Notes under the pieces: generated by a model
Told to the model about the DNA's origin: nothing
The model's database searches: none
What the model saw: the letters and a program-made list of their open reading frames with translations, nothing else
Shown: piece after piece, positions 11,616 to 24,789 of the stretch
How the letters are laid out: each line of letters opens with the position of its first letter
How positions within the stretch are numbered: the stretch's first letter is position 1
Program-made: the position numbers and the translations under genes
Assembly (NCBI RefSeq): GCF_048593235.1
Contig: NC_133617.1
Coordinates: forward strand, 508,132,958-508,196,957
Origin: Sminthopsis crassicaudata
Taxonomy: Eukaryota
Direction: 5' to 3'
DNA length: 64,000 bases

Positions 11616-12272
11616 TTGTACTTAACTTAATGTTTCTTGATAGGTTGCTGGATGAGGTCACACAGAAAGCCCAAAGTCTAATCACAAGCTATTGATCAAG
11701 TGTTAAACTAATTGTGAAAGATAGGTCCACCTCCAGATCTCTTTATCAGAGATCTATTTTATCAGATATGAACTTCTCTCTAAATAAGAAAGGAAAAAGC
11801 AACAAATTAGTCAAGTTTACTAGGGGGCTTTAAATATTTTAGGCCTGAGGAACTTGAGAAAATCTAAGCTTAGAGTAGTTATGGAATCAACTCCTAGAGA
11901 AGAGGGAATTTCTTTCTCATTTCCTCATTAGTCACTTTACTTTGAAGATAAGCACTCATTGGAGATTTGTATCTGTAATTCCTGAAGACTCCTTCTAAAC
12001 TGATAGAAATACCGAGAGATTAATCACCCAAGGGAGGAAATTGCCTTAAGGACTGTGGAAAATAGACCCTAGGAATTTAGTATGATTTCTGTAAGAAACA
12101 AAAAAAAGAACTTCTGGGAATCTTTGTGACACCTTTGCCACATATGTTTTCTACATGGGGTCTTTACCATTGTACCCTAAGTTTGAGGCTGTACCTCAAT
12201 TTTATGGGAAGTTGTTGGGTTTTTTTTTTTTTTTGTTTGTTTTGTTTTGTTTTGTTTTGATAACTACTTTTT

Positions 12273-12390
12273 TTCCCCCCTGAGGTATTTGGGGTTAAGC
12301 AATTTCCCCAGGGTCACACAGCTAGCCATTGTTAAGTGTCTGAGGACAGATTTGAACTCAGGTCCTCCTTGACTTCAGGGCTGGTGCTCT
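12273..12390 (-). mobile_element. 5'-truncated WSINE1 with a 16-bp target-site duplication
   Basis: Reverse-complement SINE body flanked by ttgataactacttttt (12257) and ttgatagctacttttt (12391). Confidence 0.88.
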
Positions 12391-13824
12391 TTGATAGCTA
12401 CTTTTTGCACTATGCTATCTTTAACAGATAACTTTGTTAAAAGCTAAATGTGTCTATTGCTATGATTGTTATGAGAAGCATGTTAGTGGGAATTTGTAAG
12501 CTACTGTAGTAGGAATAGTTATCCATGGAGTTACCCCTAGAAGTCAAGTAAGCAACTGTCCTCTAGTGAGGCAATCTGCCAAAGTGAGGGCAAGTGGAGG
12601 GAGTGGCCCACCTAGAGATATATACATATTTAAGACTTTACCAAATTGACTTCAACTATTAATTTGTGTTTAAGATTGTAATGACAATGACAGGAGATCT
12701 GAATTGATAAAAGCTTATACAGTAGGACTGTTAGCAGAGGCAGCATATGACAATGCAATAATTATTACTATATTTTATCCATGCAATTCTGAGAGCATGC
12801 TTTCATAATATTGCATTCAAATCCCAATGAAAACTAGTTATTTAAATGTGAAAAATCATTGCAGAGGTTAAACAATGTATAGCTTTCATTTTCCTCATGA
12901 AAATTGAATCAATGTTTCTTCTGAAAATTAATAAGTAGGTTTAAACAAAAGGTCCATGATTGATTTTTTTTTGACCAGAATATAAATTTTTGGACTTTAC
13001 AAAACAAGTTGATTATCATCAATTAGTAATTTGCCTCAGGCATGTGAGCATGTGACTGAAGTGTTGTTGGGTTTTATCTCTAAAATAACCAACATGAATG
13101 TTATCACAGATTTCCAACCTCAGGACTGACTGGTGACTGTCTGTAATAGCTGACTGTGAACCTATAATCTTTTTTTTTTTTGTCTGGATCTTTGTTTTTT
13201 GTTTTTTGTTTTTTCTCCTGAAAGTTTATACCAAATATAAAGGCTATGGCTGAACAAACTCTTTATTACAAGTCATCCTAAAATGACTTAAAGGGAACTC
13301 AAAGGCCACCTAATCTCCATTTTGCCAAAGAAATTGAGCCTTTGGTGGGATGTGACTTGCTCAGGTTCATTTAAACATCAATCTTTTCAAGTTTCTTTTC
13401 TCTATAATGCTATTGAATTCTCATCTGTTAATCATCATCATCTTCTCTAAGATCATAGCTGAGTGATGCTGGTATCAAAAGGTCTATTCCAAATGAAGCA
13501 CAAACTCCAGCCTTAGAAAATTGGAAGACTTTGAGCTGAAGCCGGGAAATGAACTCTGTCCTTACTATTGAAGGACCAGCGTCACTAAGAGTGGCTGCAA
13601 GATTAGGTAATGATAGATTAATTTTTCAGGCATGGCAACTCCTGAAAGAAACATGGAGGAGTTTTGATGTGCATTGATGGAGAGAGTATATTCAACTGTT
13701 CTGAGTTATACCAAAAGGCATATTAGTGTTAAAATATTACATGTTAATATTATTTGAATATGTTACTAAATGAATATATTATTATAAGCATAACACCTAT
13801 GAAACACTCAAAGATGTTCTTACC

Positions 13825-14050
13825 CCTAACTTCCCTGTTTCTTTTGGTGCCACAAATCTCCTAATTATTAAGGCATAAAACTGTAGAACCTTCCCTTTCA
13901 CTTACTCCACATATTCAATGAATTGTTAAATTGTTCTTTCAAAACAATGTTCACATCTATTATCTCATATCCACTCCTACCACTCCTACTCTATTTCAAT
14001 CCCTCATTTTCTCTCATGGACTGTTGCAATAGCCTCCTTTTCTAGAGTGT
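13825..14050 (+). mobile_element. L2 fragment
   Basis: ccacatattcaatgaattgttaaattg..ctcatggactgttgcaatagcctcc. Confidence 0.65.
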
Positions 14051-15944
14051 TTTATGTTTCTCAAATTTCTTATCTTTGTTCGTGTTATCCCTTTAAACTA
14101 GCTTTTTGAAATCCTTCAAGATCCTTCCGAATTGGTACCATACTCTCTATGAAGTCACTTTGATTTTGCCTCCACTTCAAGAAATTGCTCTATGCTTGCA
14201 TCTCTGATGGCATTTTGTCCCTTCCCTACATTTCTTTTTTTGATCTAGATCTTTGATTTCATCAGAATTGAAAACACTCAATATGGAAATTCTCTCCCTC
14301 AAATCAGGTTAGCTTTTTGTCTGCAATTTATTACCTTAGAAATTTGTTTAGGAGCATTGAGACTTTGAATTACTTGCTATATTTTAATTCATTTTATAGT
14401 TGTTTGTGGTCTCATATTATTTCCCCTACTAGATCTGATTAATACCTTTGAACTCTGATTTCCTTAATCTGTAAAATGGGAATAATATTTTTACTACCTA
14501 TTTCTTTGGATTGGGATAAAGTATTTTGTAAACCTTAAAGTATTATATAAATGTGAGATATTATAAGCTATTTGAAGGCAGGAACTATCTCCTATCATAT
14601 AACACAAGATGTTGCTTAATAAATATTTACTTGAGCTGAGAAGAATAGTCACTGAATAGTATATAATGAGACAGAGCTATTTTAGCAGAAGAATATGGAC
14701 CAGGACATCACAGTATAGAAAAACAAAGAATCTTAAATACATGTGCCACTTTAAATAACTGTAGAGATCAAGCTCCCTCTCCATGAGCACCTGATACAGG
14801 AAGAAGTTGACTGCATAATCTTTCTAATGGAAGGTATAAGGATTTGGGACTTATTTGTAAGAGTACTGGTGCACATGTGGTTGATAGTAATAGTAGCTTT
14901 AGTATTTGTGCTGATTGTTGTTCTTCATTAGGATAAAAGTAGAACCTTGATCATCAGAAAGCATAATGGTCATAGAGCATTTGATGAGCCAACGAAGTAA
15001 ATAGTAGGGTAGAGAGATTGATGAAAGGTGGAGGTGACATGAGTGAATGTGCCTTCTGGGTCTTGGGACTCCTCTCCCTGTGTCATCAGTGTAGTTTACG
15101 AGGTTGTTTATAGGTGGGTCTGAATCCTGGTCATGCTTTTAGGATTGCTACTTGACTAGGTACCACAGAAATGTAATTGTAGAATATACAATGATGAAGA
15201 TGTAAAAGTGGATACAGTCTTACATTGTTTAACCAAATTGTATCAGCTGAAATTGATTCTGCTTTTTATTGCCTAGAGTAGGGAACTGTTGGTGGCAGCA
15301 CTAGGCATTCTTAACCTGATCAATTTGTCATTCTGATTAAGAAACTGAGTAGTTTACTGTTTGACAAGCTCAGTGAGCCAGTAATACTTGCTGAAATTGC
15401 TGTTTTTCTCAGAAGAAATATTCCAAAGGAAGAAAAATAACTATTTGTGGTTCTGGTTAAGACATGAAACAAATTTAGAATTTGGAGCATAGTAAAGTTG
15501 GTTATCATCTCAGTAATTTGGGGAAAGGGAGGGAGAGTTTCTCCATATTCACAAGTATAAGATCTCACGAAACTATGTTTTAATTATAAAATTGATGCCA
15601 ATTCAGAAGTTACTTCTGGACCCCTGTCACATCACCAGGAAATGTTTGTCAGCAATAAATGATTATTACAAGGAGAACCAGGTGTGAAAAATCAACACAA
15701 ATCCATCACTTCTTGTAGAAAAACAAACTCAAAAATATACATCCAGTAACAACATCTTTGTATATCCTTTTGCCCTTTTCATCTTTTCTAGTGATTTCTC
15801 TTTTTAGCTAAACAGTCAGCAGCACATATTATGTGCCTTTATGGGTATGGTAAAAATGTAATTTCAGAGCCTAACAATTGATCTCTTTCTCAAGCAACGA
15901 TGTGACTTTGGAGATCAAAGACCTATAGATGTATAGATCCCATT

Positions 15945-16165
15945 GGACCACAGATCTAAAGCTTGGCACAGTGCCTGACATACAATAGGTGCTTAATAAA
16001 TGTTTGTTTATTCATTCCTTTAGAGCTGAAGAGTATCTTAGACAGAAATAGTCCTATAGCCTAAAACTTTCATTTCATGGGTCAAAAAACTGAGGCCCAG
16101 AGAAATGCAGTGACTTGCCCAAAGTCATACATAGAGTAAGATAAAGAGGCAGGTCTCCTGAGTGC
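15945..16165 (-). mobile_element. MIR (L3-type tail) containing a 55-bp + strand L2 tail
   Basis: tttagagctgaagag..aaaactgaggcccagagaaatgcagtgacttgcccaaagtca; the L2 tail is tggcacagtgcctgacatacaataggtgcttaataaatg at 15964-16018. Confidence 0.72.
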
Positions 16166-16171
16166 AGGAGG

Positions 16172-16372
16172 AGGTAGGTGGTGCAGTGGATAGACAGCCA
16201 GGTTTGGAGTCAGGAAGACTTAATTTCTTTCAGTTCAAATCTAGCCTCAAATTCTTATTAGTTGTGTGAGCCTGTGTAAAACATTTAACCCTGTTTGCTT
16301 CAATTTCTCATATATAAAATGAGCTAGAGAAGGAAACAGCAAACCACTCCAGTAATTTTGCCAAAAACAAAC
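16172..16372 (+). mobile_element. MAR1-type SINE
   Basis: Head ggtggtgcagtggatagac..ggagtcaggaagac, core, and RTE-like tail gagctagagaaggaaacagcaaaccactccagt. Confidence 0.85.
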
Positions 16373-17869
16373 AAAAAACTTTTTGAGGATGTAGGGGAAA
16401 GGGAGAGAACAGAGAAGTAAAGGGAAGGATGTATTGTTACCATTAAATTTTTACCAATGTTCCTAAGTCCAAATACCAATGTAGCTGATATAAACTCTAT
16501 TCCCTGATTGATATTAAAAACAATGTGTTTCTTTTGGACCCAGTTGTCCAAAAGCAATGAGTAATCTTTCTGTCACCTTTGCTGTAATAAATTATCCATC
16601 CTATTTCTCCTATTAGCCCATGAGATTTGAACTTAGAGTTAGCAAAGTAGTTTTTGTGAGGTACAAAAGAACACCAGGTCCTTATCGCACCAGGCCTAAA
16701 CCAAAAGCTGGCCTACCATTCAGTCTCTGTCTGTATTGTGCTGCTGCTATGTCACTGCTGAGAACATCATGCTATTGACAATACAGTACCTGAAGGAAAC
16801 ACTGGCCCACTGAGCTATTCAAGTGAAATCTGGACTTGGGACTTTTGCCAGCTTACTCAGTAGAAGGTTGGAGCCTGTTTTATTTGGTCAAATCCTTGTA
16901 AATAGGGTTGAGTAGATTGGGGAGCGCAGACTGGGAAAGAGGGTTGTTGTTTGTTTCGCTGCCAACTTTTGTTTCAGCATTTTATTGCCACAATGCCTTT
17001 TCAACGTGTTGGCACTCAATGACCTTTCTGTTTTGCTCTCATCTCACTGAAACTTAACAGCTAAACTCTGATAGGTCACAGTCCAGTTACGGTTTGCAGG
17101 GAGTGCACGATTGTGTTGACAAGGTTCCCATGAATGTGGCTCCATGGGACAATGTCTCTTTCTTCACCAGACTGTTGGTCAGTATCTGGTCAGTCTCATC
17201 TATTTAAAATCAGCCAAGCAGCAATCCTAGAGCTGGGAGAGGACTCTTTTGTTTGCTTGTAAGTAAACAGTAGTTTCAACTGTTCCTAATGTAAAGAAGG
17301 GGTGCCAGGGAAGCACCCTTGCTATACAAATTAAAATTCAATATGAATTGGAGTGTCAAAATAATGTTGATGGGTGAATTTGATTCCATAGGAGCCAGAA
17401 ATTCACATTGAGGTTGTTTTGGGGTGTTGTATCCAGAAACTCGATTTTCATGACTGTGAAGATTCTAAGTCAATTTCTTGTGCAAAAAGAAACTATTTAT
17501 GTTAGCCTGCAGACAATAGATTTCATTGAAAATCTAAACATTTTCCTATTAAATTTCTTATTGAGGGGCTAGATAAAATAAGTATAATTCATGACATAGC
17601 ACTTCTTAAATAGTTTTTTAAAAGAAGGATTTAAATACTAAATGATGATTTAGAATGTCTAGAGTGTCTTCTCAATGTCTGTCCTAAGTATATAGAAAAA
17701 AATTTGAATTTTTTTCAAAAGAAAAATTATGGCATGATTTAATTACTTTACAGAAGGATATTCCATTTCATAGTTGTATTCATAATAGAATTTCCTTAAG
17801 TGATATATTTTTCTAATAACTTAACTTATTTATAAAATTCAATTAGTGACAAATTTTCCAGAAATGTAA

Positions 17870-17945
17870 TCCTCCTTCCTTTCTCCCTCCTTTCCCTCCT
17901 TTCCTTTTATCCTTCCTTCTTTCCCTCCCTTCTTTTCTTCTCTAT
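17870..17945. repeat. CT-rich low-complexity tract
   Basis: (CCTT/CTTT)-like repeats. Confidence 0.85.
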
Positions 17946-19084
17946 TTCATATCATTTAAGATCTTTGAGCCTCAATTTCCTTATATCTGCTACTTTCTCA
18001 CAGGGTTTTTCATTTATTATAAAATGGAGCTAGTAGTATTTGTACTTCCTACTTTTTTTCACAGAGTTTGCTTATGAGGATCAAATGAGTTTGTATTTGC
18101 AAAAACATTTTATATTGGTAAAGGTCTTATTTATATATGAGCTGTATATATAATGCATATATCATATGGTGGTGCAGTTTTCAATATGTCCATCTAGGTC
18201 ATAGATCTCAGAAATTAGGTGTGGCCCACAGAACATTAAGGGTACAGGAGGAGGGAAAGATTAATCATGTCTCTGTGACAGCCCTACTTAGTATATTCTA
18301 GCAGCTTTTTCTTTAGGGAAAGCCAAAGTCCTTGTAAGGTGAAAACAGATTTTTCTCTTCTCAGCAACCTACACTGGGAGAACAGAGGACGTCCTTACCT
18401 ACCTTGGCATTCCATAGTTACCCCATACTCCACCCTGCACTTTCCATTAGATATTGAAAGGAAGCACATAATAAATGTGCTATATTTATGCTTTTGTTTC
18501 CAGAATGAAGAGCATAAACACTCTGTTGGGCAGGAAAGGAAGAATAGGTAGTAGAATTTAGTATCCAAAAAGGCTCATTTATAACAATCACCATTAGAGG
18601 ATCTCAACATTCTTGGACTCTCTATCTTTCTTAAGAATAGGAAAAGTGGAACATTTGCATTAGTGATACCACACAGCTTCTCTTATTGATGATGTCATCT
18701 GTTTTAGAAAGCACCATTGATTTGTTACCTCCAGGCTAGCTCTATCAACTTGATTATATGATAACTGAATCTTCCCATATAGAAAACCCTTTATATTTCC
18801 TTTCTTAATCATATTTATTGGTGTAAGCATACGTGGAGTTAAGTCATGAGCTGTTTCCTACTGCCCTGCAGGTATCCCTATGATCAAGTTGGTTGTCAGT
18901 GTGAATTACACGCACAGTAAAATCTTGATGGAGTAGAACCCAACTAACCAGAACCCTCAATAAATTAGATTCTTTATTTCAGTGCTTTTTCTTAAAGGAA
19001 AGAAATAAATGACAGTTTTTGTTAAGTTAGTATCAAAGGCTTGGTATAAAAAAAAAAAATGAATAAAGAAATTTACATTTGTCA

Positions 19085-19260
19085 ATTCTTATTCAGCTCA
19101 ATGGAATGTAAATTCCTTGAGGGCAGGGATTGTTCATTCTTTTTCTTTGTATTCCCACTACCTATCTTGTGCTTGACACATAGTAGGCATTTAATAATTG
19201 TTTATTGTTCAAGCATTTATTAAATCATCTATTATACTATAATTCTGTGTCACTGATACA
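19085..19260. mobile_element. Two L2 3' ends in tail-to-tail (convergent) orientation
   Basis: + strand: aatgtaaattccttgagggcaggga..gacacatagtaggcatttaataattg; then - strand: aagcatttattaaatcatctattata..gatacaaag. Confidence 0.75.
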
Positions 19261-19814
19261 AAGAATGTTTACTCTGAGCATGAAGATCTTTAGGATTCAA
19301 AGTCAGTGATGTTAAGGGCATTCTGTTTTCTAAGAAAAACCTAATGCATAGAAAGTCCTGAGATCCCTAGTTTGGTTTTAAGCTTTATCAGCCTAAAACT
19401 ATATGAAGACTTTGACAATACCCAGAATTATAGAAAGATCTTTAACAACAGTCATTAAACTCCACTAGGATAGCCCATTTGGGTATGATAGGATATGACC
19501 TTGTTCTCAAAACTCACATGGAACAAAAGCTTTGGAAGTGTCTCTCAGACTAGACAGGTTTTAAGTATAAGCCCAGTGATGGACTTTGTGTCTGATGTGT
19601 GAGAATCAATCCAAGTTAAGGGAGGCTTATCCTAGAATGTTACCACTATGTGATGATTTGTTTTTTCCTTTGACCACAATTTCATAAAAACCATCTGCCA
19701 AGGCAGGACTAGATTCTGATCCAACCCAGAATTGGAGAACACCCACACTGATGAAACCACACATCTCTTGCAGTATTAAAGAGGAATTTTGACAATAAAG
19801 ATTGGAATAAAACT

Positions 19815-19930
19815 CCCCCATTAGATTATGGGCAACTTGAGGGCAGGAACTGTTTATTGACTCCCTTTTTATTCCCAGCACTTAGTACAGTGTCTGACAC
19901 AATGGAGATGATATTTAATATTGATTGACG
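19815..19930 (+). mobile_element. L2 3' end
   Basis: cccattagattatgggcaacttgagggcaggaactg..cccagcacttagtacagtgtctgacaca. Confidence 0.78.
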
Positions 19931-21389
19931 CACTCTCTTTTGCCTAGCAAGTCAATTAATTAAAACTTTCTTTTCAAGTGTTTCTAGTTGATTGATGTGT
20001 TATGTCTAGATGATGAAATACAAAATTTGCATTAGTAACCTAAATGTTCCAGTATCCATAATATGTGTAGAGGGTAACATAGAAACTTAGTGTAGAACTA
20101 TTGCTTTTAAAGTAAGGAAGAGACTTGGGTTATGGTCACTAGGGAGAGAAAGCATGCCCTAGAGCATTGAGTGCTCTTTATCCTGCTGAAAAACTGGTCA
20201 CACTACTGAGGAGGTAGCTATCGGCCAAGAGAAAGTATCTGGGAAGGGGCAAAGAAAGCACACAATTAGATAGTGGTGTTGACACCCTAAAATGTTGGTA
20301 TTTTAGAGCAAAGCCCCATTACTTCACCCTAGTTATGCCTTGCTACCTATGATATGTAGCCTACCACTTCATCACTGTTGTGTAAAAATATAGGATTATA
20401 TTTCTACTTTAAAAAGAACATCTAATACACCTTGTATGTAAGAACATATAATTATTTACTTGTACAGGATGCTTCAGATGTGAAGATAAGAGCGACAGTT
20501 TTGGATAACTTAAATTAAGGATAAAAAGGGAGCAAATTGTTTATAGACATTCCCAACAATGAGTATTCCAGGAATAATTGCAAAGTATCAATGTTAGAAT
20601 GTATTGGATTGTGTAAACAATGCTAACTGTCTATGATGTATTTGTGGGCTATTTATATAGGCAATCAGAAATACTGATAGTGTTTTTGTAAAATATAAAG
20701 CATTTGTACCTGTCATTACTATCTATTGCTACTGCTAACAACATTTAAACAATTGGTTTATGTGTGATAGGATGCAAAAAGATTATATTTTCAAAGCAAT
20801 GTCAAATGGAATTCCTCTTCAAGTCAACTGAATTATATGTGAATGTTAACATTTTCCTATGACATCTACCAATATTTTAAAATCATTAAAAGATTTTCTG
20901 GTATCTGTATTGAAGGATGCCTTTATAACTCCATTGATCAGCCAGAACAATTTTTTTCAACAAAACATCAACCTAACCTCATCCTTAAGCAGATTTCTAA
21001 GCTGAGCACCCCTGTTGGAAACTCATGATCAGCTTTGAACTATATAGAGGATTATTTGAACATTTATCCAGCAGTATGTTTGTGGAACATACTGCATTTT
21101 TTCCCAAAGAAAACGTGAGAAAGCACCAGTGGTTTATTTTACCTTATACCTAAATAAAATCATAGAAATGTTAACCAACTACAGAAGCAATATTCTTGGG
21201 ACAATCCCAGGTACTTTCCAGTGGGAAATGTGAGGGAGAGAATCCTAGGGTAATAATAGGTCCTGGAAAATTATATAGGTCTTGAGGAAAATGGAAGAAC
21301 ACCAGAGAGAGGTAGTGAATTACTTTAACTATTTGGAAGTTTTGGAGTGAGTTCTTTGCCTCTGGGTAGAGAACAAACCAAAAAGAAAA

Positions 21390-21645
21390 ATTTGAGTATA
21401 GGAAACTTTCAAGGTTAATACAATCGATTTCTTTAGATGTGGATCAAAAGGATTCTGGGAAAGTGGTAGGGATATTAGAAGAATCAGTTTCCTCTGAGGG
21501 TAGTGGATTCCCCCCTCATGAGATATTTTCATGCAGAAGTTGAATGATCACTTGTCAGAGGTGTTTTGATGAGGATTTCTTTTCAATTATTGTTTTTCTA
21601 GATAAATCCTGAGGATTCTTCCAACTCCAGAATCTTATGATTATA
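21390..21645 (+). mobile_element. L3/CR1 3' end
   Basis: gagggtagtggattccccctca..gaatgatcacttgtcagagg..gaggattcttccaactccagaatcttatgatt matches the recalled L3 3' end. Confidence 0.78.
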
Positions 21646-22958
21646 GATTCTGAGGGTAATCCATCTTGTTAACTGGTATCATGTAGACCATGCTCATGAC
21701 TCCACAATGAATCTACAGCAACTTTGTCTATTTGGGGTCAGACGGAAGTAAGGGGCAACAACAGTTGAATACATATGCACCTTTCAAACACTCTTATCTC
21801 CCATTTTCTATTAGACACTGTAGCAGTGGGATAATGGGATAACGGGAACACATTTTCCCCTGGAATCCTACATTTCTATAAGCTTAATCCATTTATCGAA
21901 AAAGTTTAGAGAAGTGACTATTTTGTTCCTAACAAATAAAAATTGTTCCCTCTTACACTAAAAAGATGATATATGTGTTGCCCATTATACCAGAGGAAAT
22001 GCTATTTTTGAGTCAGAGAAGTTACAATTCTTATAATTTCAGCAGCCTGTTTTTACTAACCTAACTACATAGGGTTAGTTTCTCCCCACATACACAAAGA
22101 ATTTGCTCCACCCTTTCATATGAAGTATAAAAAATGACAAATAAAAATTATTAATTTGAAAAATTTAGCCAAATAAACTTTCTTCAAATGGTTTTAAACA
22201 CCAAATAATTTTAACTTTTAACAAATAGCTCACCATATTGTTCCTTTTTGGAAATAAATTTACGTCTGAGCTGCCAAATTTCAATCTAATATAGTTTGGA
22301 ACAGCTGAGTATAATTTTTAACCTCCCAGAAAACATAGTTTATAAGAGGATAATGGGAAGAACATTTATCTTTTCAGCTGCATGGAAATGATGACCATGA
22401 TATTTTAGTGAGAAAAGATATATTTAAAAATTAAGAACATGTGTAATTATTGGAGTGTCTGTATAGTTAAACCACTGCAACTTAAGATTACAAAGATTTT
22501 GCTACATAAACTAACATATAAATTAAGTGTACTTTCATGATTATAAGGAAAAAAAATTTCATAGTATAAGGAAAACATTTGTATGAGTAATAGCCATTTA
22601 TATTCATAGAACGCTTTTCAAAAAGAGCGACATTTAATATTGATGTTAATACAGTGATATTTTGTTTAGAGGGCATAAGTTAATTGCAGGTAATACAAAA
22701 ACTGAAAGAAAATGAGGAGAGAAATTGCTTAAAATCATGGATCAAATATCCTGTTATAAATAAATACCATGGGTTTCTTATATCCATATCTAGATTCTAA
22801 AATAAGAAGTCAATCATGATATCAAACAATAAGCTTTAATTTCCCCCCTCTTTAAATGATATTATGACATATATTCTGTCTCCCATCTCTATGGCTTTGT
22901 TGTTGTTTTTCCATTTTAAAGAGTCTGTATTTTATTCAATTAAAAAAAAAAGTTTCTT

Positions 22959-23090
22959 GGGGCAGCTAGATGGCATGATGGATAGAGCATTGGTCCTAGA
23001 GATAGGAGCACCTGATTTCAAATCTCTGGTACTAAAAAACATCCTAGCTGTGTGACCCTGGGCAAATCATTTAACTGAATTGCCTTTTCA
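22959..23090 (+). mobile_element. Full-length WSINE1-type SINE with TSD
   Basis: ggggcagctagatggcatgatggatagagc..ctagctgtgtgaccctgggcaaatcatttaactgaattgcc; flanked by aaaaaaaagtttctt / aaaaaaaagtttttt with a TT|AAAA L1 endonuclease site. Confidence 0.88.
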
Positions 23091-23204
23091 AAAAAAAGTT
23101 TTTTTCACATTACAAATATTTACAGATTACTTTCATTTCATGAGAGGTCTCTTGTCCTAAGTAGAGCAGTTACAATGCTACCCCTGTGGTACTCCTACCA
23201 ATCA

Positions 23205-23515
23205 GTTTTTTAAAAATTGAACAGAAATCTATTTTCTATCTTTTTTATCCCACTGGGAAAAGAAAGAAAAGAAAATCAAATTTATTACCACAAATATGCA
23301 TAGTTGAGGAAAATAAACTCCCTTCATGACACTCTCAGTTATGCACCCTAAATTTATCCTCTTTCTGCCATAGTTCATCATTGATCTTCTGGAATTAGGA
23401 ATGGTCACTACATTGATCATAATTCTTATAGCTTTCAAAGTTATTTGTTTGTATAGAGCTGTTATTCTATAAATTGTTCTTCTGGTTTTCCTTATTTCAT
23501 TTTTCATTGGCTTTC
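23205..23515 (-). mobile_element. Older L1-type 3' end fragment
   Basis: caaatatgcatagttgagg..ggtcactacattgatcataattc..ataaattgttcttctggttttccttatttcatt. Confidence 0.65.
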
Positions 23516-24789
23516 TCCTATGTCTAAAATGTATTCCTTTTTCCCCTTAGTCACATGGAACCTTTTGTTTCCTTAAAAACTAAGGATAAGAACCATATTC
23601 TATATCAAGCTCTTTCTGGTCCCTTTCAACTTCTAGAGATCTCCCCTCTTTCACTCATTCGCTTTTGTTTATTCTAGATATAATTATATATGAATGTGTT
23701 GCCTATTTGATTTGCATCTTTACATCTCTAGAAACTCACACACTTTAGTTTATCATACTTAAATACTTAATAACCGAGAAATCATGAACATAATATATTC
23801 AAAAGAGCTCTAGATTTGAAAGTAGACTATTTTGGCTTGAATCTTGCTCTTGTAACTTAATCATGTATGTGACCCTGAATAAGTCACTTAACGTCTGTAC
23901 CTCAGTTCCTCACATGTAAAACAAGGACTCTTAAAAACCCAACTTGCTCTGAATCTCTAGTTCTGTGATTGACCAATGCTATAGAAAACAAAGAATATTC
24001 ATGGCTTTTTATGGCACATATACCATTTTATACAATTTAAGCAAATTAGTTAATACACAGTGGGAGGGGGGAATTCATCTCTTGAAATGTAGGGCATTTA
24101 AGGATGAGGACAGAAAAAAAATGAAAGTTTCTGGGTGCCAGCCATAGGCAACTATAGAGCAGAATATGATTAAGGAACATAATGACAGAATGACACAGCC
24201 ACAACCAGCCTCTGGTTATCTGCTTTGAAAGCTGGGACAGAAAGGCTTATAGCTTTTGTATGTTGAAGTCTGTGAATGCCTGTCTGGGAAGTTGCTGTGC
24301 ATGTCAGTCATGACTTAGACCACTAGCTGGAAACTATCTTTTGCTTTTTTGGAAGCTTGCCTGCTTGTAAGATTATGTCTAGGTTGAGAGTTGCAAGGAA
24401 GGAAATAGTGCTGGGTAAAGATTTAAGGTGGTGTAATGATGACCATTCATAAGAGCTGCCCTGCTTACTATTCAGTCATTTGCTCAATGGATATTTGAGC
24501 CCAATCAGTATCAAAAGTACAAACACAAAATCATCTGTTCCATTGTTAATTTATTTGAGTTGACTCACCCCAGAATCGAATGTTAAGTATCAGTCTTCTT
24601 GGTGGCAAGAGAAATCATGGTATAGGTGGGAGAAAGAAAAATAGGGAACCTGAATAAGGAATCTGTGTAGTTATAAGTAAGGCATCTTTGTGTTTTCTTA
24701 AAATAAAGTATTTTCTCTCCTCTGATACACATTATTCTTACAAGCCAGATATAAATGGGGAAAAGGTTATGAAGGTTTACTACTATTTA

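Noticed and set aside
11620-12210. Unclassified 600-bp segment between an L1 stub and a T-rich tract, possibly an old LTR
   Set aside because: No clear TG...CA termini, TSD or family match that I can identify.
15285-15300. CTCF-like actgttggtggcagca
   Set aside because: Matches only the 3' half of the motif and misses key 5' positions; too weak without ChIP or conservation data.
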